The notes: a model not told the origin generated them from the sequence alone. 64,000 nt of DNA from Myxococcales bacterium (GCA_016707895.1 JADJGV010000034.1:565625-629624); one strand, 5' to 3'; counted from the stretch's first letter, positions 1 to 11,550 are shown. Numbers and translations: made by a program.

Positions 1-2
1 AG

Positions 3-374
3 GTGGTGATCGCGACCACCAGCCAGGTCACCGTGCGCGATCACGCCGGCCGCGTCCGGATCGCCCTCGACGGCGTCGTCGACGGCGTGTTCGACGTCGC
101 GGTCTCCCCCGACGATCGCTTCGTGGTGGCGGCGGTCGCCGACGGCACGATCGAGGTGTGGTCGGCGGTCGACGGCCGGCGGGTCGCGCACCTGCGCGGC
201 CACCAGGCGCGGGTCGCGTGGGTCGGCTTCGCCGCCGGCGCGCTGTGGTCGGCCGGCTGGGACGGCGTCGTGCTGCGCTGGGAGCTGGCCGCGCTCACCG
301 CGCCCGCCGAGGCGCTGGTCGCCGACGCCGCCACCGCCTGGGCCCTGCCGCCGGTCGGCCGCACGACGCCGTGA
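3..374 (+). CDS. WD40-repeat protein, C-terminal fragment (5' end outside window)
   Basis: The ORF runs in from the window edge. WD40-like repeats are visible (GH..V..V.F....L.S..DG.V..W). Confidence 0.55.
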   Translation: MVIATTSQVTVRDHAGRVRIALDGVVDGVFDVAVSPDDRFVVAAVADGTIEVWSAVDGRRVAHLRGHQARVAWVGFAAGALWSAGWDGVVLRWELAALTAPAEALVADAATAWALPPVGRTTP

Positions 375-396
375 GCGCGCGCGCCGCGCGGTCCGC

Positions 397-1194
397 TCAC
401 GGGCAGATGCGGTAGATCGCCAGGTACGGGCTGGGCGGGCTGAAGGTCATCGGCCCCTCGAAGCAGCCGCCGCCGACGCCGCGCGCGTCGATCGAGCCGA
501 CCGGCGTGCCGCCGTCGGTGAAGGTGACCTGCAGGCGATCGCTGCCGCCGGTCTGCGACCAGGTGCCGCCGAAGGTCGGCTCGCCCGGGATCGAGATGGT
601 CTGTCCGGCGATCGCGTAGTCGGCGGCGAAGCCCGCGATCGAGCTCGGGAACAACGCGCACTCGAACCACGACGTCAGGCCGGTGCCGGTGCAGTGGTCG
701 TGCTGGAGGTGCAGGTCGGTGGTGATCGGGGTCGCGATCGTCGCCGGCGCGACCGTCGTCGCCAGCGTGTTGTTGGCCGGGTTGGCGTCGCCGGTGATCG
801 GGTTGGCGGTGTAGGTGAAGTTGAGCGGCGCGCTCGAGTACGGCAACTTGAGGTCGAAGTGGACGTCGGTGTAGCCGCCGAAGCGCGCGATGCCGTTGAG
901 CTGGCAGTTCAGCGTGGTGGCCGACAGCGCGCAGCGGCCGTCGACGTTGGCCAGGTTGCCCATCACGAACACCTGCGGGCTGGTGTGGGTGCGGGGCAGC
1001 GCGATGGACAAGGTCACGGCGGTGGCGTTCTTGTTGCCGGTGTTGGTCACCCGGGCGACGTAGTGGCCGAAGGTGTTCACCTGCGGCGCCGCGGGCGGCG
1101 TGACGGTGACGACGAGGTTGTGCTGCGGCGCGGCCAGGGCCGGCGCGGCGGCGAAGAGGACAGGGATGACGGCGAGGGTGGAGATGAGCTTCAT
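397..1194 (-). CDS. secreted repeat protein (DUF11-like), signal peptide
   Basis: MKLISTLAVIPVLFAAAPALA signal peptide at the internal ATG at 1194. The body is a Thr/Asn-rich beta-repeat. Confidence 0.55.
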   Translation of the reverse strand: MKLISTLAVIPVLFAAAPALAAPQHNLVVTVTPPAAPQVNTFGHYVARVTNTGNKNATAVTLSIALPRTHTSPQVFVMGNLANVDGRCALSATTLNCQLNGIARFGGYTDVHFDLKLPYSSAPLNFTYTANPITGDANPANNTLATTVAPATIATPITTDLHLQHDHCTGTGLTSWFECALFPSSIAGFAADYAIAGQTISIPGEPTFGGTWSQTGGSDRLQVTFTDGGTPVGSIDARGVGGGCFEGPMTFSPPSPYLAIYRICP

Positions 1195-1280
1195 GATCCC
1201 AACCTGCGCGATCGCGCGCCCGCCAACATCACACGCCGGCCTCACCGCACCCCACCGCTACCCGCGCCGGCGCGCGTGGC

Positions 1281-1691
1281 TCAGCCGGCGATCGTCACCG
1301 ACAGCCGGCGCCGGTGCGGCGCGGCGCGGTGCTCCCACAGGTACAGGCCCTGCCAGGTCCCGAGCGCCAGCCGGCCGTCGGCGATCGGGATCGTCAGGCT
1401 GGTCTGGGTGAGCACGGTCCGGACGTGGGCGGGCATGTCGTCGGGGCCCTCGTCGGTGTGCGCGAACAGCCGATCGCCGTCGGGCACCAGCCGCGCCAGG
1501 AACCGCTCGAGATCGGCGCGCACCACCGGATCGGCGTTCTCGCTGACGATCAACGACGCGCTGGTGTGGTGGCAGAACACGACGGCGAGGCCGCACGCGA
1601 GCTCGCGCGGCACCGCGCGCGCCACCTCGCGGGTCACGTCGTAGGTGCCGCGGCCGGTGGTGGCGATCTCGAAGCGATGCAGCTGGGCCAT
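1281..1691 (-). CDS. YjbQ/UPF0047 family protein (secondary thiamine-phosphate synthase-like)
   Basis: MAQLHRFEIATTGRG..VTREV...FCHHTSASL...DMPAHVRT..LTIPI..G.L.LGTWQG..L.EH matches the YjbQ family signature. The true start is the internal ATG of the longer track ORF. Confidence 0.8.
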   Translation of the reverse strand: MAQLHRFEIATTGRGTYDVTREVARAVPRELACGLAVVFCHHTSASLIVSENADPVVRADLERFLARLVPDGDRLFAHTDEGPDDMPAHVRTVLTQTSLTIPIADGRLALGTWQGLYLWEHRAAPHRRRLSVTIAG

Positions 1692-1766
1692 GTCGCAGGT
1701 GTCGCAGACGTCGTCGGCCGCGTCCACCGTGGACGCTCGCCGGGGCGCCGGGGTAGCGTCGCCGCG

Positions 1767-2036
1767 ATGGCCACGGTCGCGTTCACGCCCAACCTGCAGC
1801 GCCACGTGCCGAGCCCGACGGTCACCGCCGCCGGCGCCACGGTGCGCGAGGTGCTCGAGCGGGTGTTCGCCGACAACCCGCGGCTGCGCGGCTACGTCGT
1901 CGACGAGCAGGGCGCGCTGCGCAAGCACATGGCGGTGTTCGTCGACGGCCAGCAGCTGGTCGATCGCGCCGCGCAGAGCGACGCCGTCGGGCCGGGCTCC
2001 GAGATCTACGTCATGCAAGCGCTGTCTGGAGGATGA
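1767..2036 (+). CDS. MoaD/ThiS-family ubiquitin-like sulfur-carrier-type protein (89 aa, C-terminal GG)
   Basis: Internal ATG at 1767. It has the beta-grasp-like pattern and ends ...YVMQALSGG-stop, the diagnostic Gly-Gly terminus. Its stop overlaps the start of the next gene. Confidence 0.7.
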   Translation: MATVAFTPNLQRHVPSPTVTAAGATVREVLERVFADNPRLRGYVVDEQGALRKHMAVFVDGQQLVDRAAQSDAVGPGSEIYVMQALSGG

Positions 2037-3148
2037 GATCCATGCCCACCGATGCTCCGCTCCTGGTGTCGACCCGCAAGGGGCTGTTCGAGGTCCGCGG
2101 CCACGGCGCCGCGGCCCGGATCGCCCGCGCCCACTTCGTCGGCGACAACGTCACGCTGGCGATCGTCGACCGCCGCGACGGCGCCTGGTACGTCGTGCTC
2201 GATCACGGCCACTTCGGCGTCAAGCTGCACCGCTCCGACGACGGCGGCGCCACGTTCACCGAGGTCGCGGTGCCGGCGTACCCGGCCAAGCCCGAGGGCT
2301 TCGTCGACAAGGACATGTGGGGCAAGGACCGCGAGTGGGCGCTCAAGGGCATCTGGGCGCTGGCCCCGGCGCTCGACGCGCCCGGCGCGCTGTGGGCCGG
2401 CACGCTGCCCGGCGGGCTGTTCCGCTCCGACGATCGCGGCGCGACCTGGACGCTGTGCGAGGCCCTGTGGCAGCACCCGACCCGCGTCAAGTGGAACGGC
2501 GGCGGCGCCGATCACGCGGCGATCCACTCGATCTGCGTCGACCCGCGCGATCCGCGCTGCGTCGTCGTCGCGGTGTCGAGCGGCGGCGTCTGGCGCACCC
2601 GCGACGCCGGCGCCAGCTGGGAGCCGCACACCAAGGGGATGAAGGCCGGCTACGTGCCGCCCGAGCAGGCCGACTGGCCCGAGCACCAGGACCCGCACTG
2701 CGTCGTCCAGAGCCCGAGCGACCCGACGGTGTTCTGGTGCCAGCACCACATGGGCATCTGGCGCTCGACCGACGATCTCGCGAGCTGGACCCAGATCGTC
2801 GTCGAGCCGACCAGCTTCGGCTTCCCGGTCGCGGTCCACCCGCGCGAGCCGGCGACCGCGTGGTTCGTGCCGGCCCACTCCGACCAGAAGCGGACGCTGA
2901 TCGACGGCAAGGTCGTGGTCAACCGCACCCGCGACGGCGGCCAGACGTTCACCGCGCTGCGCGCCGGGCTGCCGCAGGAGCACGCCTACGATCTGGTGTT
3001 CCGCCACGCGCTCGACGTCGCCGCCGACGGCGAACAGCTGGCGTTCGGCTCGAGCACCGGCAACCTGTGGGTCACCGACGATCAGGGCGATCGCTGGCAC
3101 CAGGTCGCCGGCCACCTGCCGCCGATCTACGCGGTCCGCTACGGCTGA
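2033..3148 (+). CDS. BNR/Asp-box repeat beta-propeller protein (sialidase/Ycf48-like fold)
   Basis: Six SxDxGxTW-type Asp boxes (SDDGGATF, SDDRGATW, TRDAGASW, STDDLASW, TRDGGQTF, TDDQGDRW). ATG 2033 overlaps the moaD-like stop (ATGA). Confidence 0.8.
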   Translation: MRSMPTDAPLLVSTRKGLFEVRGHGAAARIARAHFVGDNVTLAIVDRRDGAWYVVLDHGHFGVKLHRSDDGGATFTEVAVPAYPAKPEGFVDKDMWGKDREWALKGIWALAPALDAPGALWAGTLPGGLFRSDDRGATWTLCEALWQHPTRVKWNGGGADHAAIHSICVDPRDPRCVVVAVSSGGVWRTRDAGASWEPHTKGMKAGYVPPEQADWPEHQDPHCVVQSPSDPTVFWCQHHMGIWRSTDDLASWTQIVVEPTSFGFPVAVHPREPATAWFVPAHSDQKRTLIDGKVVVNRTRDGGQTFTALRAGLPQEHAYDLVFRHALDVAADGEQLAFGSSTGNLWVTDDQGDRWHQVAGHLPPIYAVRYG

Positions 3149-3927
3149 GGCGCGGGCGCGCGCGGCAGCGTCACCACGAACGTGGTGCCGACCTCGTCGC
3201 ACCGGAACCCGAGCTGGCCGTGGTGCAGGTCGACGACGATCGCGTGGGCCAGCGCCAGCCCGAGGCCGCTGCCGTGGCCGATCGACTTGGTCGTGACGTA
3301 GGGCTCGAACACCCGGGCGCGGATCGCCGGGGGGATGCCGCCGCCGGTGTCGGCGATCTCGACCGTGACCGCGGTCGCCGACGCGGCCGCGCGGACGTCG
3401 ATCCGGCCGTGCCCGTGGTGCGCGGCGATCGCGTCGCTGGCGTTGGTCAGCAGGTTGACGAAGACGCGCTCGAGCTCGGCCGGGTAGCCCGCCGCGGCCG
3501 GCAGCGTCGGCGGGATCGCGACCGCGACGTCGGCGCGGCCGGCGAGCCGCGGGCCGGCCCAGGTGATCGCGCGCGCGACCAGCGGCGCCAGCGCGACCGG
3601 CTCGGGCGGCGGCCGGCTGGGATGGGCGGCGCTGCGGACGGTGCGGATCACCTCGGCGATGTGGCTCACCCCGGCGACGCACGCGGCGATCGCCGGCGGC
3701 GCCTCGTCCAGGTAGTAGTCGAGGTCGACCTCGGCGAGCACCGCGTCGATCGCGCGCTGCGCGTCGGGCGGCAGCGCTGCGTGGTGCTGGCGGTACGCGG
3801 CGATCACGGCGGCCATCCGGGTCACCGCCTCGCGCGCGAAGTCGAGGCCGTCGCCGACGAACTGGATCGGGGTCGCCACCTCGTGGGCGAGGCTGGCGGC
3901 GAGCTGGCCGATCAGCGGCGCGGCCAT
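3139..3927 (-). CDS. sensor histidine kinase, soluble (HisKA + HATPase_c only)
   Basis: H-box LAHEVATPIQ, then N, G1 and G2 boxes (NLLTNASDA, DTGGGIP, GSGLGLA). The start ATG at 3927 overlaps the stop of the upstream RR gene. Confidence 0.8.
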   Translation of the reverse strand: MAAPLIGQLAASLAHEVATPIQFVGDGLDFAREAVTRMAAVIAAYRQHHAALPPDAQRAIDAVLAEVDLDYYLDEAPPAIAACVAGVSHIAEVIRTVRSAAHPSRPPPEPVALAPLVARAITWAGPRLAGRADVAVAIPPTLPAAAGYPAELERVFVNLLTNASDAIAAHHGHGRIDVRAAASATAVTVEIADTGGGIPPAIRARVFEPYVTTKSIGHGSGLGLALAHAIVVDLHHGQLGFRCDEVGTTFVVTLPRAPAPQP

Positions 3928-5114
3928 CAGCCCGCCTCGTCGCGCAGCCGCTCGGCGAGCGCGAGCCACCCCGGGAGGTCGCCGGCGTGGCCGCACCGGG
4001 CGACGAAGGCTTGATCGATCGGCGGCGGCGCGCCGGGCGGCGCGTGGACGACGACGCCGGCGACGTGGACCGCCAGCGCCAGCGCGGTGTCGTCGTGGCC
4101 GATCCGGCCCGGCTGGCGGTGGCAGCCGACCGCTTCGACCAGCGCGTCGGGCAGGCCCCACACGCCGAGCGCGTAGGCGGCCACGTGGTCGGGGTCGATC
4201 GCCCCGTCGACGGCGCCGGCGTCCAGCAGGATCAGCGTGCCCAGCTCGAGCATCAGGCCGGCGGTGAACGCGGCGTCGGCCAGCGGCGGCGGGGCCAGCC
4301 GTCGCGCCACCATCGCGGCCACCAGCGAGCGGCGCTCGACCTCCTCGAGCGCGCGCCGCGACACGTGGGCGCGGGTGCGCGCGTACAGGTGCACCGCGAG
4401 CGCCAGGCCGCGCACGATCTCGGTGCCGAGGTAGGGCAGGGCGGTGGTCACGTCCTGGGTCGGTCGCCCGACCGCGAAGAAGGCCGAGTTGGCGAGTTGC
4501 AGCACGCGCGCCGACAGCCCGGCGTCGCGCTCGACGATCGCGGTCAGCTCGGCGAGGCTGGTGCGCGCCTGGCCCAGCAGCCGGGCCAGCTCCCAGTAGG
4601 TGCGCGGCACCGACAGCAGGTGGCGCACCTGGCCGACCACCTCGCGCACCCGCGGATCATCGACCATCGCCCGGGTGGTCTGGACCCGGGCCAGCGTGGT
4701 GCGCAGGCGCTCGGTCTCGCACGGCTTGGCCAGGAACTGGTGCGCCACCAGCAGCTCGTCGTCGTAGGTGCCGCTGCCGCCGTTGCCGCTCAAGAGCACC
4801 CGGGTCATCGCCGGGTACGCCTCGCGCACCCGCCCCAGGAGCGTCAGGCCGTCCATCCCCGGCATCCGCAGGTCCGAGACGATCGCGTCGAACGGGGTCT
4901 CGGCCATCACCGCGAGCGCCTCGTCGCCGCCGCCGGCGAACGCCATCGTCCAGTGGTCGGCGTGCCGGCGCAGGCTCCGGCGCAAGCCGTCGAGGATCCG
5001 CGGCTCGTCGTCGACGAAGAGGATGCGCAAGCGGTCCACGTGGTCTGGTTCGGCCGATCGCCGGGCCGCTTGAGGCCCGCGCCGATCGCGGGCCGCGCCC
5101 GGTCCGTGGCACAC
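3927..5114 (-). CDS. response regulator, receiver + HDOD domain
   Basis: Receiver motifs (ILFVDDEP...DAIVSDLRMPGMDG...LSG) followed by an HDOD-like C-terminal domain. The start is GTG at 5114 or GTG at 5039. Confidence 0.8.
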   Translation of the reverse strand: MCHGPGAARDRRGPQAARRSAEPDHVDRLRILFVDDEPRILDGLRRSLRRHADHWTMAFAGGGDEALAVMAETPFDAIVSDLRMPGMDGLTLLGRVREAYPAMTRVLLSGNGGSGTYDDELLVAHQFLAKPCETERLRTTLARVQTTRAMVDDPRVREVVGQVRHLLSVPRTYWELARLLGQARTSLAELTAIVERDAGLSARVLQLANSAFFAVGRPTQDVTTALPYLGTEIVRGLALAVHLYARTRAHVSRRALEEVERRSLVAAMVARRLAPPPLADAAFTAGLMLELGTLILLDAGAVDGAIDPDHVAAYALGVWGLPDALVEAVGCHRQPGRIGHDDTALALAVHVAGVVVHAPPGAPPPIDQAFVARCGHAGDLPGWLALAERLRDEAG

Positions 5115-5122
5115 TGGTCGCG

Positions 5123-5476
5123 ATGATCCGCCTCGCGTCGCTCCTCACCGTCCTCACCCTGACCGCCTGCGGGGGCAAGGCCGCGGCTCCCGCGACGCCC
5201 GCGCCCGCCGGCGGCCCCACCGGCACGCTCAAGGAGCTGCAGAACGGCGACCGCGCCTGCTACGTGGTGGTCGAGGTCGACGGCGCCGACCAGTCGATCG
5301 AGGGCGACTTCGAGCTGTGCCCGGGCGCCAGCCAGGACGCCAGCGGCCTCATCGGCCAGCGCGTGACCTGGACCACCAAGAAGGCCAACGTCCAGGCGGC
5401 GTCGTGCCAGGGCGACCCCGACTGCGCCGACTCTGACGAAGTCGATCTGATCGTCACGATCACCGCCGCGCCGTAG
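5123..5476 (+). CDS. lipoprotein
   Basis: Signal peptide with an LTAC lipobox, and a compact Cys-containing domain. Confidence 0.55.
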   Translation: MIRLASLLTVLTLTACGGKAAAPATPAPAGGPTGTLKELQNGDRACYVVVEVDGADQSIEGDFELCPGASQDASGLIGQRVTWTTKKANVQAASCQGDPDCADSDEVDLIVTITAAP

Positions 5477-5562
5477 GCCGGCGGCGCCGCCCCGCGGTGC
5501 CGGGCGAGGCGGCCGCCCGGCAGGAAATTGCCCCCCGGGATCGACCGTGTTACCCGAGGACG

Positions 5563-7178
<1,616 letters not shown>

Positions 7179-7182
<4 letters not shown>

Positions 7183-7649
7183 TGCGGAGCCTGCTGATCG
7201 CCCTGACCCTGGCCGCGTGCATGCCGCCCTCGACCCGGGGCGCGGCGCTGTACGACGCCGCCCGCACCTACACCGAGGGCGTGCGCTGGGAGCGCTTCGA
7301 GGCCGCCGCGGCGGTCGTCCCGCCCGCCGAGCGCGCGGCGTTCCTCGACGAGCGCGACGTGCTGGCCAAGGACCTGCGGATCACCGACTCGGAGATCACC
7401 CGGGTCGACCAGCACGGCCGGACCGCCGAGGTGTCGGTCAAGCACGCCTGGTACAAGGACAGCGAGGGCACGCTGCGCGAGACCGTGGTCCGGCAGGCCT
7501 GGGAGCGCCAGGGCAAGGCCTGGCGGCTGGTCGACGAGTACCGGGCTCGGGGCGACGCCATGCCCGGGGTCCGCGAGCGCGACCCCGACCCCGACCCGGC
7601 CGGCGGCACCGCGACGTCGGCGCCCAACGCGCGCGGCGCCGAAGATTGA
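7179..7649 (+). CDS. lipoprotein
   Basis: MMRSLLIALTLAAC lipobox. The ATG overlaps the flippase stop (ATGA). It sits in the tail of the out-of-frame 5547..7649 ORF. Confidence 0.6.
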
Positions 7650-7667
7650 CGTAGAATTACAGCCAGC

Positions 7668-10600
7668 GTGGCCCAGACCGACTTCGTCAGCCGCGGCCAG
7701 GAGCTGGTCTCTGCCGGCCAGTACCAGGAGGCGGTGAAGGTCTGCCGTCTGGGCCTCCTGGCTCGGCCGGGCGAGGTCAACGGTCGGCTGGTGCTGGCCT
7801 CGGCGCTGTTGGCGCTGCGGCGCTACGACGAGGTGCTCGCCGAGATGCGGGTCGCGATCGAGCTCGAGCCGGGTAACGCCGGCGCGCACCAGCTGCGCGG
7901 CGAGGCGCTGTTGCGCAAGGGCGACCCCCACGGCGCGGTCGACACGCTGACCCGGGCCAAGAAGCTGGCCGGCAGCGATCCGGCGATCGCCGGGCTGCTC
8001 GAGGAGGCCAAGCTGGCCCAGGCGGCGGCCGGGCCACCGGCCTTCGCCGACGGCGACAGCATGACCAAGCACTACCCCAGCCACCGCGGCGGCGACGCCG
8101 CCGGCAGCGGGCGCTCGGGCAGCTTCACCAAGCCGATCGACCGCCGGCGCGCGCCGGCCGACGATCGCACGCCGACGCCCGACACGCTGCGGGTCGGCGA
8201 CAAGTCGGGGACGGTCGAGCTCGATCCCGAGCTCGAGGGGGTCGAGCTCGAGGACGACGAGCTGGCCGATCCGCCCAGCTCGGTGTCGACGGTCGAGGTC
8301 AGCGACGACGATCTCGAGGAGATCGACGACGACGACGAGCGCGCGCCGGAGGCGCAGACCCGCGCCGGTCGCCCCGGCCGCACGCCGACGCCGGCCGCCC
8401 GCGTCGACCCCGGCCCCGCGGCGCGCCCGGGCGAGCGCCCGGCGGACCGCAGCTGGCGCGCCGACGAGAACTCGGAGAGCGCGACCAAGAAGCACGCGCT
8501 GCCGGTGCCGCCGCGCGACGAGGACGCCGCGCCGACGGTGCCGCGGCCGCTGATCGACGACGACCGCCCGCCGCGCGCGCCGGTCGATCGGGCCCGGGCC
8601 CCGGCGCGCCCGTCGCCCGAGATGTTCGAGGAGGAGTCGAGCCTGCAGGGGCGCGCCTCGCACCCCCGCCTCGCCGAGCTGCCGGCGGGGCCGCTGGGCG
8701 GGTTGACGCCGGCGCCGGTGATGACGCCGTCGGGGCGGTTCCTGTCGACGCCGTCGGGGCCGGGCGCCGTCGTCGGTGGCGGCGCCGCGCCCGCGCACGC
8801 GCCGACGGTGGCCGGGGCGATGCCGTCGCCCGCCGGCACGCCGCCGGGGATGGCGCCGCCGAGCGGCCGCCTGGTGCCGGCCGCGGCGCCGCAGGCCAAG
8901 ACCATGGTGCCGGCGACGATGGCCGCGGTGCGCCCGACGGTGGCGATGAGCGCCGCCGAGGCGCCGTCGACTAGCGGCCCGCCCGGCGCCGACATGGATC
9001 TGATCCGCGCCGGCCTCGGCCCCGACTACGGCGCCACGCCGCTGCCGCCGCCGATGGCGACCGTCGCGCCCGGCCCGGGGCCGTCGCCGCGCACCAGCCG
9101 CATGTCGCTGCGCTCGCCGCTGATGATCGCGGTGTGGGTGACGATCACGCTGGCGATCATCGGCGGCGGCGTGTTCGCCGGCTTCAAGATCCGCGAGGTC
9201 CGGCTGGCCAAGCAGATCTCGTCGGCGCGCAAGGCCGCCGCCGAGGTGGCCCGGACCGACACCTGGGCCGGCTGGCGCAACGCGCGCGATCGGCTGGCGG
9301 CGATCAGCCGGGCCCGCGCGTCGGGCGGCAACCGCGCCGCGCTGGCCAAGGCCCGGGCGATCCTGGCGGCGCGCTACGACGACGATCTCGAGGGCGCGCG
9401 CGCCGCGGTCGCCGACGTGGCCAAGGAAGCCAGCGAGGACGCCGCGCTCGCCCGCGCGTACCTGGCGATCGCCGACGGCGACGGCGCCGCCGCGACCGCC
9501 GCGATCACCGCCGCCGGGGGCGCCGACGCCGACGCCGAGCTGGCGCTGGCCGCGGCCTACGCCGCCGCGCTCGAGGCGCGCTGGGACGCCGCGGCGTCGA
9601 CGGCGCGGCGCGCCACCGAGCAGGACCCGCGGCCCGCGGCGTTCGCGCTCCTGTGCGCGGTCGAGACCGCGCGCCAGCGCTTCCCCGACGCCGAGCGCGC
9701 GTGCGCCGAGGCCGAGCGGCTGGTGCCCGGGCACCCGGCCGCGATCATCGCCCGGGCCCGCCAGCGCGCGGCCAGCGGCGCGGCGCGCGCCGAGGCCGAC
9801 AAGCTGCGCGTCGAGCTCGAGGGCCTCAACGCCGAGGCGGCGCGGCCGGTGGCCGATCAGCGGCTGGGCGTGTCGCCGGGGCAGGCGGCGTGGGCGCAGC
9901 TGGCGCTGGCCGAGGTCGGGCTCGCCGCCGGCGAGCCGCAGAAGGCCCGGGTCGCGATCGAGCGGCTCAAGGGCGGCCAGCGCAGCTCGCGCGGCCTGCT
10001 CGAGGCCCAGGCCGCGCTCGGCCTCGCCCTGGGCGACGTCGGCGAGGCCGGCCGGCTGGCCGAGCAGGGCCTCGAGCGCTGGCCGACCAGCCCGATCTTC
10101 ACCGCGGTCCGGGCCCGGGCGCTGCTGTCGACCGGCGACCTCGAGGGCGCCGCCGCGGTGATCGGCAAGCTGGCCGCGGCCGACGACTCGATCGAGCTGA
10201 CCATCCTGCGCGGCGAGATCGCGATCGCCAAGCACGACCTGCCGGCCGCGACCAAGCTGCTCGACGCCGCGCTGGCCAAGCGCCCCGACGATCTCGACGC
10301 GCTGCTGGCGCGGGCCGCGGTCGATCTCGAGAACAACGATCCCCACGCCGCCCAGACCCGGCTCGAGGCGCGCTACTCCAAGCAGGCGCCGCCGCGGCTG
10401 ACCATCGCGTACGCGTCGGCGCTGCGGCTGCAGAAGCAGTGGCAAGACGCCCGGGTCGCGCTCGGGCGGATCACCACCGACGGCGCGCCCGGGCCGATCA
10501 CCGGGCGGGCCTGGCTCGAGCGGGCCCGGGTCGAGCGCGACGCCGGCAACGCCAAGGACGCCCGCGACGCCTACGGCCGGGCCCAGGAGATGTTGCCCAG

Positions 10601-11477
10601 CTCGCGCGAGGCGCAGCGCGAGGCCGCGGTGCTGGCGATCGACGACGGCGACGCGCTGGGCGGCCGCGACGCGCTCAAGAAGCTGATCGACGGCGCCGCC
10701 GACGACGGCGCCGCGCTGGTCGAGGCCGCGCGCGCGCTCACGTTCACCGGCGACCTCGCCGGCGCCAAGGCCTACCTCGACCGCGCCGCCGACCTCGACG
10801 CCACCCCGGCGGCGCGGCTGGCGCGCGAGCGCGGCCGGCTGGCGCTGCGCCACCGCGACACCAAGGGCGCCCTGGCCGCGCTGCAGCGGTCGATCGCCGA
10901 CGACGAGCGCGACTTCGAGGCGTGGCTGCTGCTGCTCGACGCCCAGCTGGTCGCCGGCGACACCGCCGAGGCCAGGCGGGTCAACGACGAGATCCTGCGC
11001 AAGTTCCCCGACCGCCGCGACAGCGGCCTGGTGACCGGCCGGGTCGCGCTGATCAGCGGTCGCACCAACGACGCGCTGACCGACTTCAAGAGCGCCAAGA
11101 CGGCGCTGGTCAACGCGCCGCGCCGCGCGCTCGCCGACGCCTGCTTCTGGGTCGGCTTCAGCTTCTACGCCCAGGGCGACTTCGCCAACGCGATGCTGCA
11201 GCTCGCCGAGGCCACCAAGCACGAGGCCACCAACGCCGACGCCTACGGCATCCTCGGCCAGATCTACGTCGAGACCCAGGACTGGGTGAACGCCGCCACC
11301 ACGCTGGCCCGCGCCGTCGAGCTCGATCCCGAGAACCCCGACGCCTGGTTCTCCCTCGGCGTCGCCCGCCAGAACCTGCGCCGCCCCAAGGACGCCCGCG
11401 CCGCCTTCGAGCACTACCTCGCCGCCTGGCCCGCCGGCGATCGCGCCGCCGAAGCCCGCCAGTACCTCGGCCGCTGA
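7668..11477 (+). CDS. large TPR-repeat protein with Pro-rich linker and one TM segment
   Basis: N-terminal TPRs, an acidic and Pro-rich region, TM (MIAVWVTITLAIIGGGVFAGF), then about 800 aa of TPR-like Ala-rich repeats. Confidence 0.8.
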   Translation: MAQTDFVSRGQELVSAGQYQEAVKVCRLGLLARPGEVNGRLVLASALLALRRYDEVLAEMRVAIELEPGNAGAHQLRGEALLRKGDPHGAVDTLTRAKKLAGSDPAIAGLLEEAKLAQAAAGPPAFADGDSMTKHYPSHRGGDAAGSGRSGSFTKPIDRRRAPADDRTPTPDTLRVGDKSGTVELDPELEGVELEDDELADPPSSVSTVEVSDDDLEEIDDDDERAPEAQTRAGRPGRTPTPAARVDPGPAARPGERPADRSWRADENSESATKKHALPVPPRDEDAAPTVPRPLIDDDRPPRAPVDRARAPARPSPEMFEEESSLQGRASHPRLAELPAGPLGGLTPAPVMTPSGRFLSTPSGPGAVVGGGAAPAHAPTVAGAMPSPAGTPPGMAPPSGRLVPAAAPQAKTMVPATMAAVRPTVAMSAAEAPSTSGPPGADMDLIRAGLGPDYGATPLPPPMATVAPGPGPSPRTSRMSLRSPLMIAVWVTITLAIIGGGVFAGFKIREVRLAKQISSARKAAAEVARTDTWAGWRNARDRLAAISRARASGGNRAALAKARAILAARYDDDLEGARAAVADVAKEASEDAALARAYLAIADGDGAAATAAITAAGGADADAELALAAAYAAALEARWDAAASTARRATEQDPRPAAFALLCAVETARQRFPDAERACAEAERLVPGHPAAIIARARQRAASGAARAEADKLRVELEGLNAEAARPVADQRLGVSPGQAAWAQLALAEVGLAAGEPQKARVAIERLKGGQRSSRGLLEAQAALGLALGDVGEAGRLAEQGLERWPTSPIFTAVRARALLSTGDLEGAAAVIGKLAAADDSIELTILRGEIAIAKHDLPAATKLLDAALAKRPDDLDALLARAAVDLENNDPHAAQTRLEARYSKQAPPRLTIAYASALRLQKQWQDARVALGRITTDGAPGPITGRAWLERARVERDAGNAKDARDAYGRAQEMLPSSREAQREAAVLAIDDGDALGGRDALKKLIDGAADDGAALVEAARALTFTGDLAGAKAYLDRAADLDATPAARLARERGRLALRHRDTKGALAALQRSIADDERDFEAWLLLLDAQLVAGDTAEARRVNDEILRKFPDRRDSGLVTGRVALISGRTNDALTDFKSAKTALVNAPRRALADACFWVGFSFYAQGDFANAMLQLAEATKHEATNADAYGILGQIYVETQDWVNAATTLARAVELDPENPDAWFSLGVARQNLRRPKDARAAFEHYLAAWPAGDRAAEARQYLGR

Positions 11478-11504
11478 ACCGGAGCCGGCGCCTTCACCGC
11501 CCTC

Positions 11505-11550
11505 CCGTTCGACGCTCCGGGCCGTTTCGGGAGGGGGCCCCGGCCTCCTA
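11505..11550. repeat. intergenic GC-rich element family C ([30 protein letters not shown])
   Basis: A near-identical copy lies at 16276-16312. Both sit just downstream of gene 3' ends. Confidence 0.5.

Noticed and set aside
1645-4014. 789-aa ORF on + strand
   Set aside because: Arg/Pro/Gly-rich low-complexity translation. It is out of frame or antisense to the real BNR, HK and RR genes, a typical high-GC artefact.
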